From the NCBI GenBank assembly GCA_963843915.1, contig CAWJMH010000008.1, positions 141,409 through 205,408 of the forward strand: a stretch of DNA of 64,000 nucleotides, in the 5' to 3' direction. A model generated the notes under the pieces. That model saw only the letters and a list, made by a program, of their open reading frames with translations, made no database searches and was not told the DNA's origin. This DNA is from an uncultured Solirubrobacterales bacterium (GTDB taxonomy: Bacteria; Actinomycetota; Thermoleophilia; Solirubrobacterales; Solirubrobacteraceae). The translations under genes and the position numbers were made by a program. Of the stretch, positions 1-10,079 are shown in pieces. Positions within the stretch are counted from its first letter, which is position 1. The number at the start of each line of letters is the position of its first letter.

Positions 1-141
1 CTGCGGCTGGTCGAGGCGGTCGCCGGGGGAGAGGTGCGCGCCGAACTCGGGGTCTAGGGCCAGCCCGCCCGCGAGGTGATTGATTCCACGATCGGGCTGG
101 CTTGGGAGCCGACCCGCCGCCGGCTCCGTGGAATCACTCGG

Positions 142-822
142 CTAGCCGGCCAGGATCAGGCCGAGTACTCCCTTGATCACGAGCAGCACGCCGATGACCG
201 CGAAGCCGCGTTCGGCGTAGACCCTGCCGTGGATGCCCGCCCACGCCTTCGCCCGGTCGATTGCGGCGGGCGTCCACTCCGGGGCGACCGCGAACGCGAT
301 CATCGGGAGTTCGAGCAGCAGCAGCATCACGAGGTTGAACGCGATCACGATCAGCACGGTGGCGGCCGTCGAGTAGTTGAGCTTGGTCAGCTTGTCGAGG
401 CCGGCGAGATACGATGCGCCGGGCAGCGTCAGCAGCGCGCCGAGCACGAATGTCGTCCTGGGGGAGCCGTGGCGGAGCTCCCGCTGCCATCGCGGCGGCG
501 GCTTGCCCTCCTTTTTCTTCGCTCGGCGCTCCCGGTAGCGCTCGTCACGGCCGCTGGCGAGAATCGCGGCGACGATCAGCGTCAGTCCGCCGATGACGAT
601 GTCCGCCAGCGGGCTGACGGTGTGCTGGGTCGTGCTGACGATCCCCGAGCTCTTCAACGAGAAGACGATCAGCAGTCCAAGCGTGATGCTCGTCAGCATC
701 GCCCCCAGCCAGTACCCGAGCATCAGCTTGTTCGGGTTCGGGAGCAGCAGCATCAGCGTCGTGACGGCGATCAGCGTCGGATTGAACGCCGAGGTGAATG
801 AGAGGAGGACTACTTCGCCCAT
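142..822 (-). CDS. GAP family (Sap/sulfolipid-addressing-like) membrane protein
   Basis: 226-aa hydrophobic ORF with AFNPTLIAV at the N-terminus and LTLPGASYLAG / FNLVMLLLLELP motifs typical of GAP proteins. Confidence 0.75.
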   Translation of the reverse strand: MGEVVLLSFTSAFNPTLIAVTTLMLLLPNPNKLMLGYWLGAMLTSITLGLLIVFSLKSSGIVSTTQHTVSPLADIVIGGLTLIVAAILASGRDERYRERRAKKKEGKPPPRWQRELRHGSPRTTFVLGALLTLPGASYLAGLDKLTKLNYSTAATVLIVIAFNLVMLLLLELPMIAFAVAPEWTPAAIDRAKAWAGIHGRVYAERGFAVIGVLLVIKGVLGLILAG

Positions 823-850
823 GCGGTCGGCAACTCTTCCAGGTCCGCCC

Positions 851-923
851 GCGATCCGTGGATCAGGGTCGAGGGGTCAGGCCGCGCCAGCGACCCGTGG
901 ATCAGGGCGGAGGGGGCAGGCCG
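851..923. repeat. Imperfect 34-bp direct repeat (851-884 and 890-923)
   Basis: gcgatccgtggatcagggtcgaggggtcaggccg vs gcgacccgtggatcagggcggagggggcaggccg, 4 mismatches; the second copy covers the stop codon of the 902-1615 gene. Confidence 0.8.
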
Positions 924-1615
924 ATCAACTGGACCACCGAGAACGCGAGCAGCAGCACGCCGACGGCGACCAGGCCATAGCGGGCCTGGCGGAGCTTGAC
1001 GTGGCCGCTGATCCCGATCAGGAACAGGACCGTGGCCAGGAACACCGTGTCGCGCACGTACTTGTCCGCGGTGCCGCCGGCGTCTGAGCCCTTGGTGAAC
1101 TCCTCGTCGGCCTGCGCGTCGAAATGGGTCGCTTGCGCCTGCTGCGGGATCACGTACTGGGGCATGTACGCGGGGCCCGGCGGGGCATTCGGGTTGTGGG
1201 CGGGATCGGTGGCGAGCCAGGCCTTGAAGGCGGGCCGGTAGCCCGGGCGCAGCCGGTTCTCGGCGAGCTCCTCGGCGCGTTTGTTGCCGGCGACGAACGC
1301 CGTGAACCAGGCGTTGAACGAGACCGAATCGAGCGTCTGCGTCTGGAGCGCCTCGAGGTCAGCGCGGTTGGCCTTGGTCCTGAGCGCTGACGCCTTTGCG
1401 AGCGACACCGACGACTCCGTGCTCCACTTCGCAGCTGCAAACCCCGACCAAGCCGCCAGCAGCGCTACCGCCGAGAGCAACACCGCCTCGACGATCGACA
1501 GCCATCGCTCGTAACGGTCGACGGGCTCGTCCTCGCCGTGCTTGGCGTGCTCGGCGTGCTTCTTGTGTTCGGCGATCTCCTTGCCTACCTCGGCCGCCGA
1601 CAACCCCTCAGGCAC
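902..1615 (-). CDS. Hypothetical membrane protein (DUF4337-like)
   Basis: Real part of ORF 902..2536, starting at GTG 1615 (PEGLSAAEVGKEIAEH); IVEAVLLSAVALLAAWSGFAAAKW and YVRDTVFLATVLFLIGIS TM segments. The upstream part of that ORF is antisense to the SDR. Confidence 0.7.
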   Translation of the reverse strand: MPEGLSAAEVGKEIAEHKKHAEHAKHGEDEPVDRYERWLSIVEAVLLSAVALLAAWSGFAAAKWSTESSVSLAKASALRTKANRADLEALQTQTLDSVSFNAWFTAFVAGNKRAEELAENRLRPGYRPAFKAWLATDPAHNPNAPPGPAYMPQYVIPQQAQATHFDAQADEEFTKGSDAGGTADKYVRDTVFLATVLFLIGISGHVKLRQARYGLVAVGVLLLAFSVVQLIGLPPPP

Positions 1616-1787
1616 TTTCGAACTCCGGTCTCGTTCCTCGCAGGTGACGCCACCGGGAAGCATCGGGGCGCTGCTCCGGTCGACATCACCCGATCCGGGT
1701 GACTGGCGCCTCATTCGGCGCCCTCGTCGCGGACCGCAGGTGTGGTCGCGGCTCCGAACGGACCCGCACCCGTAGTCTCGTCCTCGC

Positions 1788-2561
1788 ATGCAATCGCAAT
1801 CGCTCGAAGGCCGGACCGCGCTCGTCACCGGCGCGTCGCGCGGGATCGGCGCGGCGATCGCGCTGGCGCTCGACCGCGCCGGCGCCCGCGTCGCGCTCGT
1901 CGCCCGCAACGTGGCGGCGCTCGACGCCGTCGCGGAGCGGCTCGGCAACGACCCGGTGGTGCTGGCCGCGGACCTCGCCGACCCCGACGTGCCGGCCCGG
2001 CTCGTGGCCGAGGCGAGCGACCGGCTGGGTCGGATCGACGTGCTCGTGAACAACGCCGCGGCCGCCGCGCGCGAACCGACCGAAAAACTGGACGCGGCGC
2101 TCGTCGACCGTCTGTACGCGGTCAACGTGCGCGCGCCGCTGCTGCTGATCGCGGCGCTCATCCCGAGCATGGTCGAGCGCGGGAGCGGGGTGATCATCAG
2201 CTTGTCGTCGGTGTCGGCCGTCGTCGGGACTCCGCGCCGGGCCGCGTACGCCGCCACCAAGGGCGCGATCGACGCGGCCACGCGGTCGCTGGCGATCGAG
2301 CTCGGCCCGCACGGGATCCGGGTCAACACGGTCGCGCCCGGCGTCGTCGACACCGAGATGTGGGCGCGTAACAAGGCGATCCCCGGGGTGGTCGAGCAGA
2401 TCGAGGCGCTCACGCCGCTGCGCCGCTGGTCGACTCCCGACGACATCGCCGACGTGGTGGTGTTCCTCGCCTCGGACGCGGCCAGGTTCGTGACCGGTGA
2501 GACCATGTGCGTGGACGGCGGGATGGCGAGGACCATCGACCTCTACGGTGGGGCGGTTTGA
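1788..2561 (+). CDS. SDR family NAD(P)-dependent oxidoreductase
   Basis: [28 protein letters not shown] motifs. Confidence 0.95.
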   Translation: MQSQSLEGRTALVTGASRGIGAAIALALDRAGARVALVARNVAALDAVAERLGNDPVVLAADLADPDVPARLVAEASDRLGRIDVLVNNAAAAAREPTEKLDAALVDRLYAVNVRAPLLLIAALIPSMVERGSGVIISLSSVSAVVGTPRRAAYAATKGAIDAATRSLAIELGPHGIRVNTVAPGVVDTEMWARNKAIPGVVEQIEALTPLRRWSTPDDIADVVVFLASDAARFVTGETMCVDGGMARTIDLYGGAV

Positions 2562-3430
2562 CCGCGCACGGCGTCAGCGACGGTGAGCTCCGGCGCCGCT
2601 ACGCCCAGGTGTTCGACGACGTCGCCGAGGAGTACGACCGCGAACGCCAGGGTTACCCCGACGAATTGATCGACGCCGCGTTCCGCGTGGCGGGCCTGAA
2701 TGCGGGCGACAGGGTGCTCGAGGTCGGCTCCGGGACCGGCCTGCTGACCGCGCCGCTGCTGGCGCGCGGGCTCAGCGTGGACGCCGTCGACCCCGGCGCG
2801 AACATGATCCGGTCGCCGAGCGGCGGGTCGGGGAGGGGGCGGCCGTGCGGTTTCATCGCGGGCGGTTCGAGGAGGTCGAGCTGCCGGAGGCCGCGTTCGC
2901 CGCGGTATTCTCGGCGACCGCGTTCCACTGGGTCGACCCCAAGATCGGCTGGGCGCGGGCCGCCGGCGTGCTCCGGCCCGACGGCGTGCTCGCGCTGCTC
3001 CAGCACTCGAGGTCGTGGACGCGACCACGGTCGAGGACTGGCAAGCGCTCCAGGCCGCACTGCGCAGGTCGCGCCGGAAATCGCGGCCGGTGGCCGGGAG
3101 CTCCGGGACGCCGACACGATCCTGAACGGAGCGGCCGAGCGCGCCGGACAACATCTCCGCGGTGTGGTCGATGGATCGGCAGGCACGAACTCGACCGTGC
3201 CCGAGGCCGCTCGCTGTTCACGACGTGCAGGTCGACGGCCGTGCCCATGGACACCGAGATGACCGCGCGACCAGCTGAACGCGTACTTGCGGACCACGTC
3301 GCTGTACCGCGCCTGCGACCCCGAGCAGCGGGTCGCGCTCGAGGCGGAGAACGGGCTCGTCGCCGAGCGCGCCGGCGGATTCGTCCGCTCGAGCGAGCTG
3401 GCTGTGCTGGTCACCGGCCGGCGCGCGTAG
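2558..3430 (+). CDS. Class I SAM-dependent methyltransferase (several frameshifts)
   Basis: FDDVAEEYDRERQGYP and VLEVGSGTG in one frame, FSATAFHWVD..LRPDG in another; TTG start overlaps the SDR stop; TAG at 3428-3430. Confidence 0.8.
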
Positions 3431-3444
3431 CCGGCGCTGGTGGT

Positions 3445-4331
3445 CTACGCCCGCGCGATCGAAGCCGGATCGACGCCGTCGAGCCGCGTCATAGTGACGC
3501 TCGCGTCGAGCGTCGAGGTGGCGGTGCCGCGGTAGACGCCCTTGGTCGGCGGCACGTCGGGGTAATGGCGGCCGTGACCGATCTTGACGTGGTCCTCGCC
3601 GGCGATCCCGCGGTTCGTCGGGTCGGCGCCGACCCAGACCGGCTCGCCGCCGCCGGGCACGGGCAGCAGCGCCTCGAGCCAGGCGTGGGTGTCGACCTCG
3701 ACGGACTCCTGGGCGTCGTCGGTTCCGAGCGCGAACAGGTATCCGGACACGTAGCGCGCGGCGATGCCGTGGTGGCGGAGCAGGCACAGGCCGAGATGGA
3801 CGAAGTCCTGGCACACGCCGGCGCCGCCGTCGAGCAGGTCGTGAACGGTCGAGTCGACGTAGGTGGCGCCCTGGCGGTACTCGAACCGGTCGGGGATCAG
3901 CTCGGCGATGAGGCTAAGCATCGACAGCGGGGAGGCAGCCGCGCGCGTGGTGGCGAGCAACTCGACCATCGCAGGGTGGTGGGGGGCGTCGTCGGTCTGG
4001 AGCAGGAACTCGCCGCCAGACTCGCGGTAGCTGGGATCGCCCAGCGCGTCCCACGTCGCCTGGGGCGGCTCCGGGGGCGCCTTGGTGGCTCACGCGCGCG
4101 CGCACGTCGATCGTCAGCTCGCGGTGCGGGACGCGAGACCTCGAACTCGACGACGTCCGTGCCGAAGTAGTCGGTGTGGCGGTGCAGGCGGACCTCGGGC
4201 GTGAGCCGGACGCTGAACTCGTCACAGCGCTGCCGGGCCGTCGCCGCGGGCTTGACGCGGAGCGCGTTCAGGTTGTCGACGACGTCGCCGTCGTACCGGT
4301 AGCGCGTGAGGTAGCGAATCGCGAAGTTCAT
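3445..4331 (-). CDS. Transglutaminase family protein (frameshifted)
   Basis: N-terminal IRYLTRYRY..NALRVKP..DYFGT; catalytic GVCQDFVH, ARYVSGY, HAWLE, DPTN, GRHYPDVPP. Confidence 0.9.
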
Positions 4332-4352
4332 CCGGATAGATCATGCCGCGGG

Positions 4353-5334
4353 CTAGAGATGGACCGCGGCGAGCGCTGCGATCGCGAAGTAGCGGTCCCC
4401 GATATCGCGGTCGATCAGCTCGAGCTCTCCCTGTACCCGGTGGAGAATCCCGCCTAAACCCAGCCTGCCGCGGGGCGTTCGGCGCTGGAGCTCGAGGTCG
4501 GCGATCAGTCGCTCCAGGCGCAGTACCGGCTGCGAGGAGCGCGGCTGCGCGTCGGCGTCCGCCAGTGCGTCGCGCAGTGCCGCCACCGACGAGGCGACCG
4601 AGCCGGGGTACGCGCCGTCGTAGAGCAGGAACTGGACCACTGGAACCACCGTGGGGGCATCGCGCACCGCGCGCCGGTAGGCCTGCGCTCCGCCGACCGA
4701 GTGCAGCAGCGCGATCGCCTCGCTCTCGTGTCCGCCGTGGGCGGACTCGCGCCGGCACCGTGGCCAGCAGCATCCGGAGCACCATGTCGGCCTGCTCGAT
4801 CCGGCCGCCGGCCTCGAGGAACGCCCGTCCGTCGTCGCGGAGCATCGTCCGGTCGACCAGGCCCCAGAACAGCGCGCAGCGCTCCTTGACCTCCTGGTAG
4901 ACCGAGTACGGGCCGGTCTGCATCGCGGCGGCGAGGTCGTAGCGTCCGAGCGACAGGTAGAACGAGTTGAGCGCCTCCCACATCTCGGTCGAGATCACGT
5001 CGCGGAGGATCCGCCCGCGCTCGCGGGCGCGGGCGACACACGAAACGATCGACGCCTGGCTGTCGGTGTCGAGCGTGAGCAGCCTCGCGGTCTCGTCCCG
5101 GCCGAGCGGCTGCGCTGCCGGACTGGCCGCCACCTCCAGCGCGTCCTCGCCCGGCATCGGCGGCTTACCGCCGATGATCGTCAGGACGGCGTCCCAGCTG
5201 AGCGAGATGCTCCGCTCGCCGGGCGCGCCGGCGATGTCGGCGTGAAAGGCGCCGTCGAGCGTGCGCGCGGTGTGCTCGGCTCTGGTCAGGTCGCGACCCA
5301 GCCAGAACAGCTCGTGCGCGATCCGGGCCAGCAT
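4353..5334 (-). CDS. Alpha-E domain protein (DUF403), frameshifted
   Basis: MLARIAHELFWLGRDLTRAEHTAR, ISTEMWEALN, GRIEQAD; C-terminus FLLYDGAYPGSV..IGDRYF in a second frame. Confidence 0.9.
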
Positions 5335-6940
5335 TTAGATAGTCGGCGGCGCCTGACGGCGGCGCCTTAGCTGCTGCTGTTGCTGCTGCGCCTGGCCGTG
5401 CCAGCCGCCGTAGCGCACGTCGGGTAGGCGAGGCGGGCGCTGCGCCGGCAGCGTGCCCGGCGCGAGGTCGACGGACTCGCCGTCGTCGAGGACCCAGGTG
5501 TCCTTCGAGCCGCCTCCCTGCGAGGAGTTGACGATCATCGACCCCGCGCCGAGCGCGACGCGGGTCAGCCCGCCGGGGACGATCCGGATCTCCTCTCCGA
5601 ACACGGCGAACGGGCGCAGATCGACGTGGCGCGGCAGCGAGCCGGCCGTCGCCCGCCTCGGTCGGGACGGTCGAGAGGTGCACGAGCTCCTGGGCGATGA
5701 ACCGCTCGGGCTGCTGCTCGATCAGCCGCGCCTGGTGCTCGCGCTCGGCGGCGCTGGCCTGCGGGCCGATGAACACGCCCTTGCCTCCGGACTCGGAGGT
5801 CGGCTTGATCACGAGCTCGGCGAGGCGGCCCAGCACGTGCTTGCGGAGCCGCTCGTCGGTCAGCAGGTAGGTCGGGACGTTCTCGAGGATCGGCTCCTCG
5901 CTCAGGTAGAAGCGGATCATCTCTGGCACGTAGTGGTAGACGGCCTTGTCGTCGGCCACGCCGGTGCCGATCGCGTTCGCGATCGCGACCGTGCCCGCGC
6001 GATAGGCGCGCACCAGCCCCGGAACCCCGAGCAGCGAGTCCGGGCGGAACTCGAGCGGGTCGATGAAGTCGTCGTCGAGCCTCCGGTAGATCGTGTGCAC
6101 GCGCTCGAGCCCGCTCGTCGTGCGCATGTAACAGACCGCGTCGCGGACCACGAGGTCGCCGGCCTCGACCAGCTCGATGCCCATCTGCCGGGCCAGGAAC
6201 GCGTGCTCGAAATAGGCCGAGTTCATCGGCCCCGGCGTCCACAGCACGACGTTGGCCTGGCCGTCGACGCCCGGCGCCACCGTCCGGAGGGCGTCGAGCA
6301 GCAGCGACGGGTAGTGGTCGACCGCGCGGATGCGCTGGCCCTCGAACAGCTCGGGCATCAGCCGGGTCATCGCCAACCGGTTCTCGATCACATACGAGAT
6401 TCCCGAGGGCGTGCGCACGTTGTCCTCGAGCACGCGCCAGCGGCCGTCGCCACCGCGGACGAGGTCGCAGCCCGACACGTGGCAGTAGACGCCGCCGGGC
6501 GGGCGGACCCCGTGCACCGGACGCGCGAACTGCGGGCGGCTGACCACCAGCGACCACGGGACGATCCCGGCCCGGACGATCTCGTGGGCGTGGTAGACGT
6601 CGTCGACGAACGCGTTGAGCGCCCGGATCCGCTGGGCCAGGCCGCGCTTGATCGCGGTCCACTCGGCCGCGGTGAGCACCCGGGGGACGAGATCGAGCGG
6701 CCAGGCTCGGTCGCGGCGCTCGCCGTCGCCGGTCGGGACCTCGAACGTGATGCCCTGCTGCATGAAGATCGTGTCGCGGCGCCGGCCCGCCGCGTGGAGC
6801 CGCTCGGGTCCTAGCCGCCGGAGCGCTGCGAGCAGCGTTGCCGCGTGCGGCAGTGGCGTCCCGTCGGCGCCGATCAGCTCATCGAGGCAGCCGTCGGGGA
6901 CCAGGTAGTCGTCGAGCCGGCGATCGTCCACGTCGCTCAT
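5335..6940 (-). CDS. Circularly permuted type 2 ATP-grasp protein (frameshift near 5640)
   Basis: [68 protein letters not shown], poly-Q tail. Confidence 0.95.
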
Positions 6941-7006
6941 GATCGCCGAGGTTTAACAGGTCTGCGCCGCCGGTGGACAGGCGCGCGGCCGCTACCGTTG
7001 CGAGGC

Positions 7007-7871
7007 GTGCGGATCGCGACCTGGAACGTCAACTCTTTGAAGCAGCGGCTGCCGCGGCTGCTGCCGTGGCTCGATCAGCGAAAGCCCGACGTGGTCTGCC
7101 TGCAGGAGACCAAGCTCGCCGACGACGCGTTCGCCGAGGTGCTCGGCGACGCGCTGTCCGAGCGCGGCTATACCGCCGCCGCCCACGGGGAGACGGCGTG
7201 GAACGGGGTCGCGATCCTGTCCCGGGTCGGGCTCGAGGACGTCGTCGCCGGGGATCGAGGGCGCCCCCGGGTTTCCGCGTCCCGAGGCGCGCGCGGTGTC
7301 CGCGACGTGCGGCGGAATCCGCGTGGTGTCGGTGTACGTCCCCAACGGCCGCGAGCCGGACTCGGACCACTACCGGTACAAGCTGGCGTGGCTCGAGTCG
7401 CTGCGCGAGATGGTGGCGGCCGGACCTGACGCGACGGTCGTGTGCGGGGACATGAACATCGCGCCGACCGACGAGGACGTATTCGACCCCGACGCCTACG
7501 TGGGCCAGACGCATGTCACTCCACCCGAGCGGGCGGCGCTGGCGGAGATCGAGGCCGTCGGCCTCCATGACGTCGTGCGCGATCACTGGCCGGGCAAGCG
7601 GGTCTTCACGTACTGGGACTACCGGGCGGGGATGTTCCACCAGGACCTCGGGATGCGGATCGATCTGATCCTCGCCGGCGATCCGGTGGCCAAGCGCGTC
7701 AAGGCGGCGTGGGTCGACCGGCAGGCGCGCAAGGGGAGCGGCCCGAGCGATCACGCGCCGGTGATCGTCGACCTCGACGAGGCGCCCGACGGCGACATCG
7801 GCCCCGTCGTGCCGCCGCCGTCGAACCCCGTCACCAAGCGCGGCGCAAAGAAGCTCCCCCAAGCGCCGTGA
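7007..7871 (+). CDS. xth: Exodeoxyribonuclease III (frameshift near 7250)
   Basis: RIATWNVNS, CLQETK, WNGVAILSR, YVPNG, GDMNIAP, TYWDYR, RIDLIL, SDHAPV. Confidence 0.93.
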
Positions 7872-7950
7872 TCGGGTCGATGCGACTGCGATTTTCACTG
7901 ATAGTCATTGAAAATCGCAGTCGCACCCGAGTCGGAGGGCGATTCCGCGG

Positions 7951-9020
7951 TCAGCGAGGACGGTCCCGGTCCCGTGAGGGCTGGACCCGTTTCGGTTCGC
8001 CCGGGCATCTTGGGGTAGTCCGGCGGGTAGGGCATGTCGCCGAGCCCCTCGCCCGCGTCCGCCTCGTACAAATCGAGCAGCGGCTGGAGTGAATACGCCA
8101 CGTCGTTGATCGCCGCATGGCGATCGCCGATCTCGGCGAAGCGAGCCGGCATCGTCGCGACCGTGAAGTCCTCGGGCGCGACCTCGGTGAGCTCGTCCCA
8201 GTCGAGCGGTGCCGACACCGTGCGCCCCCGGCTTGGCGCGGATGCTGTACGCCGAGGCGATCGTGCGGTCGCGCGCGTTCTGGTTGTAGTCGACGAAGAT
8301 GCGCTCGCCGCGCTCCTCCTTCCACCAGCTCGTCGTCACCCGGTCCGGGAGGCGCCGCTCGAGCGCGCGCCCGAACGCGATCGCGGCGTGGCGGACGTCG
8401 GTGAACGTCCAGCGCGGCTCGATCCGGACGTAGATGTGGATCCCGCGCCCGCCGGAGGTCTTCGGAAAGCCCGTGTAGCCGAGCTCGGCGAGCAGCGCGC
8501 GCGCCTCGCCGGCGGCGCGGACGGCGTCGGCGAAGTCGGTGCCCGGGCTGCGGGTCGAGGTCGAGCCGCAGCTCGTCGGGATGATCGACGTCCTCGCGCC
8601 GAACCGGCCACGGATGGAACGTGATCGTTCCCATCTGCGCCGCCCAGCCGACGACGGCGATCTCGGTCGGACACACCTCGTCGGCATGCCGCCCCGACGG
8701 GAACGCGATCTGCGCCGTCTGCACGTAGTCCGGAGCCCCCTTCGGGATCCGCTTCTGGTAGAAGGCGTCGCCGACGCGGCCCTCGCGGGTGGACAGCGAC
8801 CATGCCGGGGTACACGCCCTTGGGCCAGCGCTCGAGCGTCGTCGGCCGCCGCTCGAGCGCGCGCATGATTCCGTCGTCGACCGCCAGGTAGTACTCGACG
8901 ATGTCGAGCTTGGTCACTGGCCGGCGTGCGCTCGGATGCCGGGAAGATCACGCGATCCGGGTTGGAGACGCGCAGCTCGCGGCCGCCGGCGTCGACGGTG
9001 ACTGCCTCGGTGGCGGGCAT
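7951..9020 (-). CDS. Stand-alone NHEJ LigD polymerase/primase domain protein (several frameshifts)
   Basis: VSNPDRVIFP, TKLDIVEYY, FYQKR, HPDELRLDLDPQP, KTSGGRGIH, WWKEERGERIFVDYNQNARDRTIASAYS, PYPPDYPKMPGEPKRVQPSR. Confidence 0.9.
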
Positions 9021-9032
9021 CGCCGTTGAGCT

Positions 9033-10006
9033 CTACGCGTGGCCGGCGATCGCGTGCGGGACGTAGGGCTCCTCGAGCGCCGCGACCTCCTCGTCGCTGA
9101 GCCTCGAGCTGCTCGCCGGCGAGCGCGTCCTCCAGATGCTCGATCTTGGTCGCGCCGACGATCGGGGCGGTCACGCCGGGCTTCTGGAGCAGCCACGCCA
9201 GCGCGACCTGCGCGCTCGGCACCCCGCGGGCGGCGGCCACCTGCGCCGTCCGCTCGACCACGTCGAAGTCAATCTCGGGCCTTGTACAGCGAGTCGCCGA
9301 AGCCGTCGGTGTTGGCGCGGGTCGTCAGCCGCTCGCCCTCGCGCGTGCGGTTGCCGGCGAGCATGCCGCGGGCGAGCGGGCTCCACGGGATCACGCCGAC
9401 GCCCTGGTCGATGCACTGCGGGATCATCTCCCGCTCCTCCTCGCGGTAGATCAGGTTGTAGTGGTTCTGCATCGAGACGAACGGCGTAACCGCGATCGAC
9501 TGGGCCTTCGCGAACTGCCAGGCGTACATGCTGCTGGCGCCGATGTACCGGGCCTTGCCGGCCTTGACGACGTCGTGGAGCGCATCCATCGTCTCTGCGA
9601 TCGGCGTGCGCGGGTCCCAGCGGTGGATCTGGTACAGGTCGACGTAGTCGAGCTCCAGCCGCTTCAGGGAGGCGTCGATCGAGGCCATGATGTGCTTGCG
9701 CGACAGGCCGCGGCCGTTCTCGCCCGGCATCGTCTGACCATGGACCTTGGTCGCGACCACGTACTCCTCGCGCATCCCGAACAGCCCGCGCAGCAGACGG
9801 CCGGTGATCACCTCGCTCTGGCCGCCGTTGTAGACGTCGGCGGTGTCGAAGAACGTGATGCCGCCCTCGACCGCGCGGCGCACGATCGGCTCGGCGTCTT
9901 GCTCCTCGAGCGCCCACTGCCGGCTCTCGTGCTTGCCGTAGCTCATCATCCCCAGGCACACGCGGGATACGCGCAGTCCGGTCCGGCCGAGGTTCACGTA
10001 GTCCAT
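9033..10006 (-). CDS. Aldo/keto reductase (frameshifts near 9280 and 9105)
   Basis: [63 protein letters not shown]. Confidence 0.93.
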
Positions 10007-10079
10007 GCTCGTCTCCTATCGGTCGCGTCTCGAGGTCAGGTCGTACACCAGACCGTGACGTTACCCATGGTCGAGCGGG

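Noticed and set aside
9269-9271. TGA ending the aldo/keto reductase early as a second Sec codon
   Set aside because: Homology continues in a different frame ([12 protein letters not shown]), so this is a one-base insertion and not read-through.
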